This document shows, in pieces, positions 11,801-23,225 of a DNA stretch of 64,000 nt; position 1 is the first letter of the stretch; every line of letters begins with the position of its first letter. The translations under genes were made by a program, and so were the position numbers. Source of the DNA: Oculina patagonica (Eukaryota); assembly GCF_052425735.1 (NCBI RefSeq), contig NC_135771.1, positions 1,550,001-1,614,000 on the forward strand, written 5' to 3'. The notes beneath the pieces were generated by a model, which made no database searches, was not told the origin of the DNA, and saw only the letters and a program-made list of their open reading frames with translations.

Positions 11801-14800
11801 TAAGCAAATTTCCGTCACGAGTTGAGTATTGTTTCGCTCACGGAATGTAAATCATTATTTACAGTTTTATTAGCAAGCGATCATTTTCAGAGTCGACGTG
11901 TTTCATGACAAAACTTTTAACAAAAGCAAACTTGGATCTCTATCACAAGTAATAAAAAATATCATAATATATCTTTTTCTGGCATTTCTGTCAGGGAAGC
12001 CGCATAATAAAAGCTACTTTGATCGGGGCACTGATTTTATTGTTCAACCAACAATTAATTTTTAGTTTATTCCTGTTAGAACCCCTCAACGTTTCCTAGA
12101 GTGGTGATTTAAAAAATTGATTTTCTCAAAGTCCTTTGACAATAGAGGGCGACTTGGTGCAAGTCTATTTAAAACGACGCTGTGACTAATCAAAATCTTT
12201 TAAGTTTGTAGTATAGTAAAAAGTGTAAGAAGAAGGAAAGAAAAAATTAATGAATCCAGTAACGATATTACTTCCTCTCTTCTTCTTAATATATACTGAG
12301 TTAAAATTGAAAAATTGTTTTTATGCAAATATACTCTTTTCACTAAATAAATAGCACCCTCTGGCTTTATTGTAATCAGTTTAGTTTTTATTTTAAGCCA
12401 AGGTAATGAAATTCATGGCGTTTTTAACACTAATTTTTTGGCTTACATATTATGTATTGAAGCAGTATACAAGAAAAAATAATCTCAAAATAAGATGCGT
12501 TCAAAACCTCTTTCAAGCACTGTAGTCCAACACCTTAGGCGGGAATCAATTGCTTAGGCCTCTTTAAAAACAACCATTCGTGAACAAAAGAACTGATAAG
12601 ATGACATGCATATATTAATAATTTTAAGAATAAAAACGAAATACGTGAAAAATACGGTACAAATGTAAATGTTTCAGGATTGTTTGGCAATTCAGTCGTT
12701 CATTCTCCATTTCACTACTGGAGGAACACGCCGCAGGTAAGTCTGGCTTATTCTTTGTCCATAATATTTTCCATTTCCCAATTTGTAGTAGTTATAATTA
12801 AAGCGGTTGTATATTCTCAATTCAAATCATTTCCTCGGCTACTGCACCCTTCTATTTTATTTAAAGGGTTAAATCGAAATGTGATGAATTTTTTCTGTCT
12901 TTCATTTGAATGTTCAATCCGGCGCATCAAGTTTTGTCAGAGCATAGAACACAGCTGGGAATATTTTGTCTTAAACCGTCAGTCTAAAGTTTTGTCAGTA
13001 GCTGACCCAAGCCTTTAATTAAATAATATTTATCATGATCGCATTTTAAAAAACCGAAATGCAGAACAGCCCGACATTTTTTTTTTTTTAAAACTGAATT
13101 GAATGATGTTATCACGGAAGGTTGGCGTGTGATGGTGTTTTTCTCCTAAAACACATTATTTTTAGTACGATCCACAACAAACGGCGGAAGAAAATTGAAA
13201 ACTCTCGATTGTAAAAATACCCGGTGAGAGCAAAGGAAAATTAAATAAACAACGATTCACGACGGGAATGACAGCAGAACTAAGAACTGTGATATCAGAA
13301 GAGAGAAACAATATCGCTTAAAATCTACACTGATACCTCTAGCCTTTCAGTCCATCAAATTATTCTCTCTGTTAAATTATAGTCCAAGCCGAAAGTCAAA
13401 TATAAAAGCAGTGCAAGAGCAGCTGTGTGTACATCAATCAGCTTGCCTATAAGTTTTCACACAAATTACCTTAAAGAACACAAAACAGAGAACTACGTAG
13501 TATAGAGCGGTGTTTAAGCTCCATTAAAAAGAACTAAAAGATGCTAATATACCATTTACGCTATCCTTTTGCCAACTGACTTACCGCGTCGGAGCTTTTA
13601 AACGTGTAAACATTACAACTTTAGTTCTACACCTGATTCTACATTCGTCCAAAATACTTGCTCGGAAATCAGACGCGCGTCAGTACAACATCACGGCGTT
13701 TGCCTCAGAACTCCCTCAGCTGAATGCATCATGGCCTGTTGCCATCTTAGTCTTTCACAATAGCACCGAAGGTCCCAAAAAGGACGACTGAATTTATTCT
13801 GTAAGTTGGTTAGTCATTCTGTAAGAACTTATTCTGCACGGGTCGTTGACTAATTGGGAGGGGGGGGGGGGGGGGGTGTCCTCAGGAACCAGGGAGCGAG
13901 CCGACGGAGATGCGTGAAGGCCGTTTTGAAGTTTGGGCTTGAAACTTTTGATCTAAGGACTAGAAATTTTGTGGAGAATTTCTTCAGGGTGAACGAATTT
14001 GGGGAGGGCTTTTTGGGGGTTGACAAAAAGCGTAACCCAGGGTTCTCATTTTTACGTCAAACTATTTTATCACTTCCTTTTCAAACGTAGACTACATGTA
14101 AACAACAAAGAGAATCCGTGAGAGGTCATGTTACAGAAACACGAACTAGAAAACATATTTTTTTATTCTTTTAGAAAGGGATTTTTGGCGCTACGTTTTG
14201 GCCACTGGACTGTTCAGTTTGGGGTCTGGTTTTAGCCTAATAGGGCCTTTTGGGGGTCTGGGGTGATTTGCACCTCTCATCACTAGTATACTTGAGTACT
14301 CTTTAAGCGCGCGCTACAAATAACCTTTTTTTTTAACAAACACAACTTCACTTTTAACAACAGCATTATAACGAGAGTCTAACTAATTAATTGATGGCCC
14401 TATTTACCGGGAAACCAGAAAATACGTCCGAGACGCCGTATCGTACAAATAGCTAGATAGATAGGGAAATAAGCATAGTCAATATATAAGACGACGTAAA
14501 CGCTTCACGACCTTTACAACTTTATGCGTTTGGGAGACGTGTGCAGGAAACAGAAGTATTGCTCATTTGAAATTCTTAATACATCTTGACAAATACGGTA
14601 CGCTCAAAATAGACAAAATAAATTTCCTGGTTCAATGTCCGAAAGTTCCATATGGGTACTAGAGGTTTTTTTCTCGCGAGCCGCCGACGGAATGCTTCGG
14701 GCCGGACTTGATAGAGACCCGGAAACCGCGCAACAAAAGCCTCTGACACCCAGGATGTCCTTTTAGTCAAGGTGGCAAAAGACTGTTTAGAGAAATGAAA

Positions 14801-14821
14801 AGAACATCCCTCTAACTCTAA

Positions 14822-15045
14822 AGCCTGGTTTCCCCTAGCGACGCAAGCGCAAGCGCAAGCGCAAGCGCAAGAACGCAAACAGTAAAAAAATGACCATTGT
14901 GCTTGTGCTTGACACAAGTTCAAGCATAAGCATCAAAATTCAATGTGTTTGTGCTTTTGCTTACGTCGAGGCCGTATTCACGGTGAAATTATTTATAGCT
15001 GTTATTCTTACGCTTGTGCTCGCGTCGCTAGTGAAAACCAAGGCT
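14822..15045. mobile_element. PIF/Harbinger-type MITE
   Basis: TAA|AGCCTGGTTTCCCCTAGCGACGC ... GCGTCGCTAGTGAAAACCAAGGCT|TAA; internal (GCAAGC)n. Confidence 0.75.
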
Positions 15046-15729
15046 TAACTCTTGATGAATTTGAATGCAAAGTAGAAGCTTTATGTCTTTTAAATCTCTT
15101 TTGACGATCATAATTTTATAAGTGTTATTTGTTTTTCTAGATAAATACGGATATCATCATTACTATTATTACTTTTATGTAAAAGCTAATTTATTTTTTA
15201 GGACAGCAAGGTTATTAGTTTTTTTTCTTGTTAAGTGCTACTCTCGTAAAAAAGCTTATCTTATCTTTCAGTATACAAACTACTTATAGAAGAAATTGAT
15301 TTCCGCCTTAATTTCCATATGTATGAAGGAAGCATCTAAACCTGTATTGATTCTCCCTGTGGGTATTTCTATTCAAGAACCTTTGAAAGAAGGGCTTGTA
15401 AGACTGACGGAGAGCTTATTAGTCATATTAGAAATCGTAAATAAGTTGTTGTACAAAGATTTGAGGTAGGGTTAGGGCGTTCAGTTCAGCCTTATGCTTT
15501 GTCAGGCAACGTTCTACCTCAGAACAACAATAAGAGAGAGATTTAGAACATTGTTGATGTGTAGTCGAATCGTCTGTCTAAATAGGACATCTGCTTCGCG
15601 GTCTTGTGATTTTGTTTAACCACTCCACTCAGTCCTATTACCATTATGAGTTGTCCTCGACTCATTCCAATAACTATCAGAAAATAAATTATGTACGGTA
15701 CTAGGAGATATGGAATTTATCGTCTTTCG

Positions 15730-15781
15730 ATCATCATCATCATCATCATCATCATAATAATAATAATAATAATAATAATAA
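15730..15781. repeat. Compound (ATC)n(ATA)n microsatellite at the Penelope insertion site
   Basis: Read directly; its right end overlaps the left TSD copy. Confidence 0.95.
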
Positions 15782-15866
15782 CATTTATGTCCATAATATT
15801 CGCTTTATAAAATATATACTATATACAAGGCTAAAAAGAGTTAAAATGGTAAAATTAATATGATAA

Positions 15867-15903
15867 AACCAAACGTTTTCGGCTGTTTGCCATCATCAGG
15901 GTT
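15867..15903 (-). ncRNA. Minimal type I hammerhead ribozyme (Penelope pLTR), copy 1
   Basis: AACC-CUGAUGA-uGGC aaaca GCC-GAAA-ACGUUU-GGUU: conserved core, 4-bp stem I, 3-bp stem II, palindromic stem III AACGUU. Confidence 0.85.
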
Positions 15904-15935
15904 GAAGAGACCGTCCGCACGCATGCATTTATATC

Positions 15936-18275
15936 TTATGTAATTCCCGTTGGGAAAAGTTTACTGACATAAGAAATGACTTGTTTGTTCAAACTGGGGC
16001 GGAATTGTTGGATCATTAGACCCTCAACGATTCTACGCTTGTGGAATGTCTGTGCTGAAGAGAGAACACGCCAGGTGAAAGAATGCGATGGGTTTTCCCG
16101 CAGGTGTTTTGCAGGTTCAGAGGTGTGAGCAGGATTTGAATGTTCCGCAATTCGCACTTCTAAATTTCGCACAGTCTCGCCAATGTAGTCAACCCCACAA
16201 GAACAATCTCCTTTGTAAACAACTTTGGATCTGTGAGTGTTTTTGTCTTTGTTATTAAAGAGGCTTTTGATGCGCCTTGTTTGCCACAGGATTACAAAGA
16301 TGAAGTTGAAATTAGTAAACTTGTTGAGTTTAGCAATAAACGTTTTACTAAGTTTTTCGTTTTTGCCGCAAAACGGGAGCTTGATGAAAACTTTCTTACG
16401 TTCTTCGAAGAGAAAATCTGGAATGATGTTGTCGTCTTGTGATGAGTCGGTTAGGAAGTTGTTGATTGTATGCGAGATAAAACGTTTCGGATAACCTGCT
16501 TCGATGAAAGAAGTTTCTAAAGTTTTAATGTCCTTCTCAAAATCGGTGGAGATTCGTTTGGCTCTATGGAGTGCGCCAGTGATGCAATTCCTTTTCCACT
16601 TGGTAGGGACCTCAGATTTCCAATGTGTTGGTAATTTCCCCGGTTTCTTAAAGACGCTGCAATTGAACTTGTTGGTGTAACTAAAGGCAGTATCAAGAAA
16701 GTGGTCGGGGTTTTCTTCGACAGTGAAAACAATGTTAGGGTGGTAGCGATTTAGGCGTTCAAGTAGAGCATCAGGCTCGCCCTTTTTCTTCTTAGAGAAA
16801 CAATCATCAACATATCGATCATAGAATGGTGGGTTGAAAGGTCGGACTACATCAGCTTCTAGTTTGGCCATGAAAATGTTAGCAAGGACTGGAGATAGTG
16901 GGTTGCCCATGCCGCATCCATCGATTTGTTTATAAAGCTTGTCGTTAAAACTGAAAACTGTATTCTTGGTGACATTACAGAGAAGACGTCTAAAGAGTAA
17001 CTTTGAGCTGAGTTGTGGTAGCTTGTTGTTGGTGTAGATTTCATTTATGATGTGGTCGATGGTTTCATCGAGCGGAACTTCAGTGAAGAGAGAGGACACA
17101 TCATATGATACCAAGACTTCGTCATCATCAACAGTTCTATTAGTTAGACGCTCAGCGAAATCGGTGGTAGTTTTGATGCTGTATTCATTCTCAGTGAGAG
17201 GGAGTAAGTAAGAGGCTAGGAATTTAGCTGTTTCGTAATAAAATGTTCCACAAGTGCTGACAATCGGTCGAAGTTTCAGATTGTCCTTCGTAATTTGCTC
17301 AGGGTTCTGGAATTTATGGGTTTTGGCAGTCCCATAAAGGAAAGCAGGCTGGTTTGATGTCGGCTTGATCTTATCCAAGGGCAGAGATGACTTGAAGTTT
17401 CGGGTCAGAAAATTTTGAAAAGATTTAAGGTCTTTTAGTGTGTTGTCGTCAGTCTCAACGTATTTACCGTTAGTTATGCCTTCTTGGATCATAGTTTCAA
17501 GTTTGTTGACGTAATCAGCACGTTGCATAATGACGACTGATGAATCTTTATCGCCGGAGAGGACCACTAAGTCGGGATCAGATGTTAGTTTTTGTAAGAC
17601 TTTGAAAGTGTAATCAGGAGTGTTGTGAATGTTTTGATTGAAGAGGTTAGAGTGGACGCGGAGGAAGTGTTTGAAATCTTCATGTTGGCAATCAGGAACG
17701 CTTGAGCTGACTTGGTTCAGAAGAAGTTCAAACTCCGACAGGAGGTTAAGTTTCACGTGCCGGTTCTTGTCGATGAAACTGTGGTTGAGGCCAAAACGTA
17801 AATAATGTAAAGTAGCATCCGCGATGACTTGACTTGAGAGGTTAATAATAGGTACTGAAAAGTCCTTCGGCTGATGTTTACTTCTCAGAAGTTTGGAAAG
17901 CTTTTTGTTCTTAGTGCAAAGAGAATCAAAACGTTCACGACGGAGGGATTTTGATACCATGCGATGTATAAGTTTGAAGGCGCCTGTTCCATGTTTAGAC
18001 ACGAAAGCCGTCCGGAAGGTTAAGAGGTCAGCATTGACACGGCGAAGCTTGAGGCTATGCTCTTGAAGGTTCGCTTTAAGGATGCTCTTTACAGCGGTGT
18101 AACGGTGATCCTCTGATGCGAAATTTCCATTCACTATGGCGAAAGTTGGTGTGCAGCGGTTCCACAGTGCTTTCTGTACAAATCCAATGCTAGCAGCGGT
18201 CCTTTGAAGTTTAGATGTTAGGTACTTCAATGTTTGATATGAAAAAGCGATGCCTTGAGGTAAAGGGATGTCCAT
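15936..18275 (-). CDS. Penelope-like polyprotein: reverse transcriptase + GIY-YIG endonuclease (779 aa)
   Basis: Motifs GDKDSSVVI, LYGTAKTHK, LRPIVS, SYDVSSLFT, QIDGCGMGNPLSP, RYVDD; GIY-YIG VVYKGDC...YIGET...RIAEH. The frame is uninterrupted. Confidence 0.97.
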   Translation of the reverse strand: MDIPLPQGIAFSYQTLKYLTSKLQRTAASIGFVQKALWNRCTPTFAIVNGNFASEDHRYTAVKSILKANLQEHSLKLRRVNADLLTFRTAFVSKHGTGAFKLIHRMVSKSLRRERFDSLCTKNKKLSKLLRSKHQPKDFSVPIINLSSQVIADATLHYLRFGLNHSFIDKNRHVKLNLLSEFELLLNQVSSSVPDCQHEDFKHFLRVHSNLFNQNIHNTPDYTFKVLQKLTSDPDLVVLSGDKDSSVVIMQRADYVNKLETMIQEGITNGKYVETDDNTLKDLKSFQNFLTRNFKSSLPLDKIKPTSNQPAFLYGTAKTHKFQNPEQITKDNLKLRPIVSTCGTFYYETAKFLASYLLPLTENEYSIKTTTDFAERLTNRTVDDDEVLVSYDVSSLFTEVPLDETIDHIINEIYTNNKLPQLSSKLLFRRLLCNVTKNTVFSFNDKLYKQIDGCGMGNPLSPVLANIFMAKLEADVVRPFNPPFYDRYVDDCFSKKKKGEPDALLERLNRYHPNIVFTVEENPDHFLDTAFSYTNKFNCSVFKKPGKLPTHWKSEVPTKWKRNCITGALHRAKRISTDFEKDIKTLETSFIEAGYPKRFISHTINNFLTDSSQDDNIIPDFLFEERKKVFIKLPFCGKNEKLSKTFIAKLNKFTNFNFIFVILWQTRRIKSLFNNKDKNTHRSKVVYKGDCSCGVDYIGETVRNLEVRIAEHSNPAHTSEPAKHLRENPSHSFTWRVLSSAQTFHKRRIVEGLMIQQFRPSLNKQVISYVSKLFPTGIT

Positions 18276-18347
18276 AATATTCGCTTTATAAAATATATAC
18301 TATATACAAGGCTAAAAAGAGTTAAAATGGTAAAATTAATATGATAA

Positions 18348-18384
18348 AACCAAACGTTTTCGGCTGTTTGCCATCATCAGGGTT
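18348..18384 (-). ncRNA. Minimal hammerhead ribozyme, copy 2
   Basis: Identical 37-nt motif, 2481 bp from copy 1. Confidence 0.85.
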
Positions 18385-18561
18385 GAAGAGACCGTCCGCA
18401 CGCATGCATTTATATCTTATGTAATTCCCGTTGGGAAAAGTTTACTGACATAAGAAATGACTTGTTTGTTCAAACTGGGGCGGAATTGTTGGATCATTAG
18501 ACCCTCAACGATTCTACGCTTGTGGAATGTCTTGTGGAATATATTTTATAAAGCGAATATT

Positions 18562-20901
18562 ATGGACATCCCTTTACCTCAAGGCATCGCTTTTTCATAT
18601 CAAACATTGAAGTACCTAACATCTAAACTTCAAAGGACCGCTGCTAGCATTGGATTTGTACAGAAAGCACTGTGGAACCGCTGCACACCAACTTTCGCCA
18701 TAGTGAATGGAAATTTCGCATCAGAGGATCACCGTTACACCGCTGTAAAGAGCATCCTTAAAGCGAACCTTCAAGAGCATAGCCTCAAGCTTCGCCGTGT
18801 CAATGCTGACCTCTTAACCTTCCGGACGGCTTTCGTGTCTAAACATGGAACAGGCGCCTTCAAACTTATACATCGCATGGTATCAAAATCCCTCCGTCGT
18901 GAACGTTTTGATTCTCTTTGCACTAAGAACAAAAAGCTTTCCAAACTTCTGAGAAGTAAACATCAGCCGAAGGACTTTTCAGTACCTATTATTAACCTCT
19001 CAAGTCAAGTCATCGCGGATGCTACTTTACATTATTTACGTTTTGGCCTCAACCACAGTTTCATCGACAAGAACCGGCACGTGAAACTTAACCTCCTGTC
19101 GGAGTTTGAACTTCTTCTGAACCAAGTCAGCTCAAGCGTTCCTGATTGCCAACATGAAGATTTCAAACACTTCCTCCGCGTCCACTCTAACCTCTTCAAT
19201 CAAAACATTCACAACACTCCTGATTACACTTTCAAAGTCTTACAAAAACTAACATCTGATCCCGACTTAGTGGTCCTCTCCGGCGATAAAGATTCATCAG
19301 TCGTCATTATGCAACGTGCTGATTACGTCAACAAACTTGAAACTATGATCCAAGAAGGCATAACTAACGGTAAATACGTTGAGACTGACGACAACACACT
19401 AAAAGACCTTAAATCTTTTCAAAATTTTCTGACCCGAAACTTCAAGTCATCTCTGCCCTTGGATAAGATCAAGCCGACATCAAACCAGCCTGCTTTCCTT
19501 TATGGGACTGCCAAAACCCATAAATTCCAGAACCCTGAGCAAATTACGAAGGACAATCTGAAACTTCGACCGATTGTCAGCACTTGTGGAACATTTTATT
19601 ACGAAACAGCTAAATTCCTAGCCTCTTACTTACTCCCTCTCACTGAGAATGAATACAGCATCAAAACTACCACCGATTTCGCTGAGCGTCTAACTAATAG
19701 AACTGTTGATGATGACGAAGTCTTGGTATCATATGATGTGTCCTCTCTCTTCACTGAAGTTCCGCTCGATGAAACCATCGACCACATCATAAATGAAATC
19801 TACACCAACAACAAGCTACCACAACTCAGCTCAAAGTTACTCTTTAGACGTCTTCTCTGTAATGTCACCAAGAATACAGTTTTCAGTTTTAACGACAAGC
19901 TTTATAAACAAATCGATGGATGCGGCATGGGCAACCCACTATCTCCAGTCCTTGCTAACATTTTCATGGCCAAACTAGAAGCTGATGTAGTCCGACCTTT
20001 CAACCCACCATTCTATGATCGATATGTTGATGATTGTTTCTCTAAGAAGAAAAAGGGCGAGCCTGATGCTCTACTTGAACGCCTAAATCGCTACCACCCT
20101 AACATTGTTTTCACTGTCGAAGAAAACCCCGACCACTTTCTTGATACTGCCTTTAGTTACACCAACAAGTTCAATTGCAGCGTCTTTAAGAAACCGGGGA
20201 AATTACCAACACATTGGAAATCTGAGGTCCCTACCAAGTGGAAAAGGAATTGCATCACTGGCGCACTCCATAGAGCCAAACGAATCTCCACCGATTTTGA
20301 GAAGGACATTAAAACTTTAGAAACTTCTTTCATCGAAGCAGGTTATCCGAAACGTTTTATCTCGCATACAATCAACAACTTCCTAACCGACTCATCACAA
20401 GACGACAACATCATTCCAGATTTTCTCTTCGAAGAACGTAAGAAAGTTTTCATCAAGCTCCCGTTTTGCGGCAAAAACGAAAAACTTAGTAAAACGTTTA
20501 TTGCTAAACTCAACAAGTTTACTAATTTCAACTTCATCTTTGTAATCCTGTGGCAAACAAGGCGCATCAAAAGCCTCTTTAATAACAAAGACAAAAACAC
20601 TCACAGATCCAAAGTTGTTTACAAAGGAGATTGTTCTTGTGGGGTTGACTACATTGGCGAGACTGTGCGAAATTTAGAAGTGCGAATTGCGGAACATTCA
20701 AATCCTGCTCACACCTCTGAACCTGCAAAACACCTGCGGGAAAACCCATCGCATTCTTTCACCTGGCGTGTTCTCTCTTCAGCACAGACATTCCACAAGC
20801 GTAGAATCGTTGAGGGTCTAATGATCCAACAATTCCGCCCCAGTTTGAACAAACAAGTCATTTCTTATGTCAGTAAACTTTTCCCAACGGGAATTACATA
20901 A
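18562..20901 (+). CDS. Penelope-like polyprotein, second identical copy (779 aa from MDIPLPQG)
   Basis: Translation is identical to the minus-strand copy. The extra 35 N-terminal residues in the ORF track (from 18457) come from reading across the inversion junction. Confidence 0.97.
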   Translation: MDIPLPQGIAFSYQTLKYLTSKLQRTAASIGFVQKALWNRCTPTFAIVNGNFASEDHRYTAVKSILKANLQEHSLKLRRVNADLLTFRTAFVSKHGTGAFKLIHRMVSKSLRRERFDSLCTKNKKLSKLLRSKHQPKDFSVPIINLSSQVIADATLHYLRFGLNHSFIDKNRHVKLNLLSEFELLLNQVSSSVPDCQHEDFKHFLRVHSNLFNQNIHNTPDYTFKVLQKLTSDPDLVVLSGDKDSSVVIMQRADYVNKLETMIQEGITNGKYVETDDNTLKDLKSFQNFLTRNFKSSLPLDKIKPTSNQPAFLYGTAKTHKFQNPEQITKDNLKLRPIVSTCGTFYYETAKFLASYLLPLTENEYSIKTTTDFAERLTNRTVDDDEVLVSYDVSSLFTEVPLDETIDHIINEIYTNNKLPQLSSKLLFRRLLCNVTKNTVFSFNDKLYKQIDGCGMGNPLSPVLANIFMAKLEADVVRPFNPPFYDRYVDDCFSKKKKGEPDALLERLNRYHPNIVFTVEENPDHFLDTAFSYTNKFNCSVFKKPGKLPTHWKSEVPTKWKRNCITGALHRAKRISTDFEKDIKTLETSFIEAGYPKRFISHTINNFLTDSSQDDNIIPDFLFEERKKVFIKLPFCGKNEKLSKTFIAKLNKFTNFNFIFVILWQTRRIKSLFNNKDKNTHRSKVVYKGDCSCGVDYIGETVRNLEVRIAEHSNPAHTSEPAKHLRENPSHSFTWRVLSSAQTFHKRRIVEGLMIQQFRPSLNKQVISYVSKLFPTGIT

Positions 20902-20933
20902 GATATAAATGCATGCGTGCGGACGGTCTCTTC

Positions 20934-20970
20934 AACCCTGATGATGGCAAACAGCCGAAAACGTTTGGTT
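20934..20970 (+). ncRNA. Minimal hammerhead ribozyme, copy 3
   Basis: aaccctgatgatggcaaacagccgaaaacgtttggtt, 32 nt after the ORF stop. Confidence 0.85.
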
Positions 20971-21100
20971 TTATCATATTAATTTTACCATTTTAACTCT
21001 TTTTAGCCTTGTATATAGTATATAATAACATTTATAGTGCGCAAGTTTCATAAAGTGTTCAAATGCGCATTACAAGATTAAAAATGGAATAAAAAAAGGT

Positions 21101-21206
21101 AAAAGCTAAAATTACAATTAAGAGTAAACTTACAATGAATTTAAAAAGCTAAAATTACAATTAAAGGTAAACTTACAATGATTTTAAAAAGCTACAATTA
21201 CAATTA
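21101..21206. repeat. ~43-bp tandem repeat, about 2.5 copies
   Basis: aaaagctaaaattacaattaagagtaaacttacaatgaattt repeated with few changes. Confidence 0.85.
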
Positions 21207-23225
21207 TTAAAAGTAGAATACATTACTGACCATCCCACCAGTGAGAGCACAGAGCTTTATTCAATGATGTTGCCCATTGGTGAGTTCCGCGGCTCATTCA
21301 CCGTGGGAAAGTGATCTCGCTCAAGCTGGTCACACAAAGCACATTTTTAAGAAAGGAAAGTGAAAAGGTTTTTCATGATAATACAACTGATTTAAGTTTA
21401 AGGGAAATTCGTGCACAGAATGTACTAGCTGACGGCCCGGTCTCACAACTGGCTTCTTCTTAACTCAAGAAACATCGAGTCGCAAAGCGGTAAAAACGAC
21501 GGCTTAAATTCGCTTTTAAGAAGAAAGAAAACGTCTGGGAACATGTAAGTAGCTGAGTTTTCCGCACGCACACGTCATGATAAACACGTGGGAACCTGGA
21601 AACCTCAAAATAATAGTTTTCTAAGGCAGAACTGAAAACATCAAAGAAGTGCTAATCAAGGATGGTTACGGTTGAGAAAGATTAACACGGATTACAGGGG
21701 CGTAACCAGTTATGCTGCTTTTTTTGGATCAAGACTCTCGAAACCGAACGACCTTCACCTTCATTTTGTGCTGATGTTATGTGTATTTTACAGCACCTAA
21801 ATTAAAATATTTTAAAGGAAGGAATTGCGCCAGTTTTCACTCATTCCAAAGTGAACCGTGAAATTGTCTTTTCCGGCGCATGCAATTGTGCGTTTGTCTG
21901 TCGCCTGGCTAGTCTAGAAGGATCCCGAGTTTGCAGTTCAGTGCTAGATGATCTCATCGCGAACGGGTAGTTTCGAAATATATAATGCTAAGGTACGTTA
22001 CAAATGTCTTTCTATTTCATCTTGAAAGCGTTTCAGCCTGAATTTTTTTAGTCGTACCTTACGGTCTTTTCAAAATACGAGCGGGTCGAAAAATTTGTAG
22101 GCCCGAGCCTACGGGCCTGAAGGCTAGCTACGCCCCTGGTACAAACAGGACAAACTTGAAAAAATTGGCCAATCTTTTCAGGACGCGCTATCCGTGACGT
22201 GACTAGCTGTAACTTGCTCCTTCAAAGAACGAGCGTGATGGTAACGAAACACTCAGTATGTTCCGAACGAGCGACTGGGACCGAAAGCGGACATCAAAAA
22301 ATCTTTTTGTCAGTAATGTTACTTTTTGGGCCGTTTGGATAAAGAATTTCGTTAAACAGTTCGTGTTGGTTTTAAACTATGTGCATAACGATATTTACTG
22401 TTTATAATTATATAAACATCGATGTTAAACTCTTTTTGTTATTCAAATTTTTACCACAATTACCCAATAGATCTCAGGTTGTCAAGGCAAATATCGCCAT
22501 TGAAAATGTTGACGGTTTTAAAATAATAGGAAATTCTATTTTTACTGTTTCGGCAGTGATAACGATTGAAAACAATTTGTTATGCACGGAATTTAAGATC
22601 GAGGTTGAAAAGCAAATATCACAATCACGAAAATACTTTGCAAATGAAACAGAACAAAAGAAGAAATTTTTGTAATTGTTAGTGGAGGTCTAAATGAAGA
22701 AATATTGGTTAAGCTCTTTTCTTTGTTGATAAAAAAAGAGAAGACAATATTTTTACATCTGGACTAAACAAGCATGATTAATTAGATTTGTCATATGTTT
22801 CTTACATATAAAAAGGCCAGGACTTGCGCCAGCGGTTCAGATGAAAGCAAGTGCACATTTTGATTTAACTGGTCCGTGCGGGAAGCAGAAAAACGATGCT
22901 TCTTTTCGGCTGTACGTTGTTCCACTTTTTAGACTTCTATTATTTTATGTGTCTTGAGAAATGACTACTTTAACAAGAGGTTACTGTTCCTTTTATTGTG
23001 CCACGCTTTAAGTTTTATTTCACATTGAGCTGGGAAGGGCTGAGAAGTCTAAATGTTTCCAGTCTGGTGTTTACTTTGTAATCAAGTTTTCCGTTTGCAC
23101 TGGATTTAGAGAAAAATCGATGGGCTATCGACTTAGCAAGTCACCATTGTAACATTGAAATATAATCACTAATACATGCTTTATATTTTACCAGGAGCAA
23201 CTGATAACTCTGACGGAAGGTAAAA

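Larger units (their letters stand above)
15789..21021. mobile_element. Penelope-like retroelement insertion (C-terminal GIY-YIG, Penelope/Poseidon type): two full copies in inverted orientation
   Basis: The minus arm 15787-18532 is one 2481-bp unit plus a ~265-bp pseudo-LTR. The plus arm is 18539-21024. A 14-bp TSD ATAATAACATTTAT lies at 15775-15788 and 21022-21035. Confidence 0.95.

Noticed and set aside
12680-14090. Short ORFs and isolated splice-donor-like sites in the 12-14 kb region
   Set aside because: No in-phase exon chain or recognisable protein could be built.
18457-18561. 35-aa N-terminal extension making the plus Penelope ORF 814 aa
   Set aside because: Formed by the antisense pLTR and the inversion junction; the identical minus copy starts at MDIPLPQG.
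16233-20604. Small alternative-frame and antisense ORFs within the Penelope arms
   Set aside because: These are shadows of the main ORF, duplicated only because of the palindrome.
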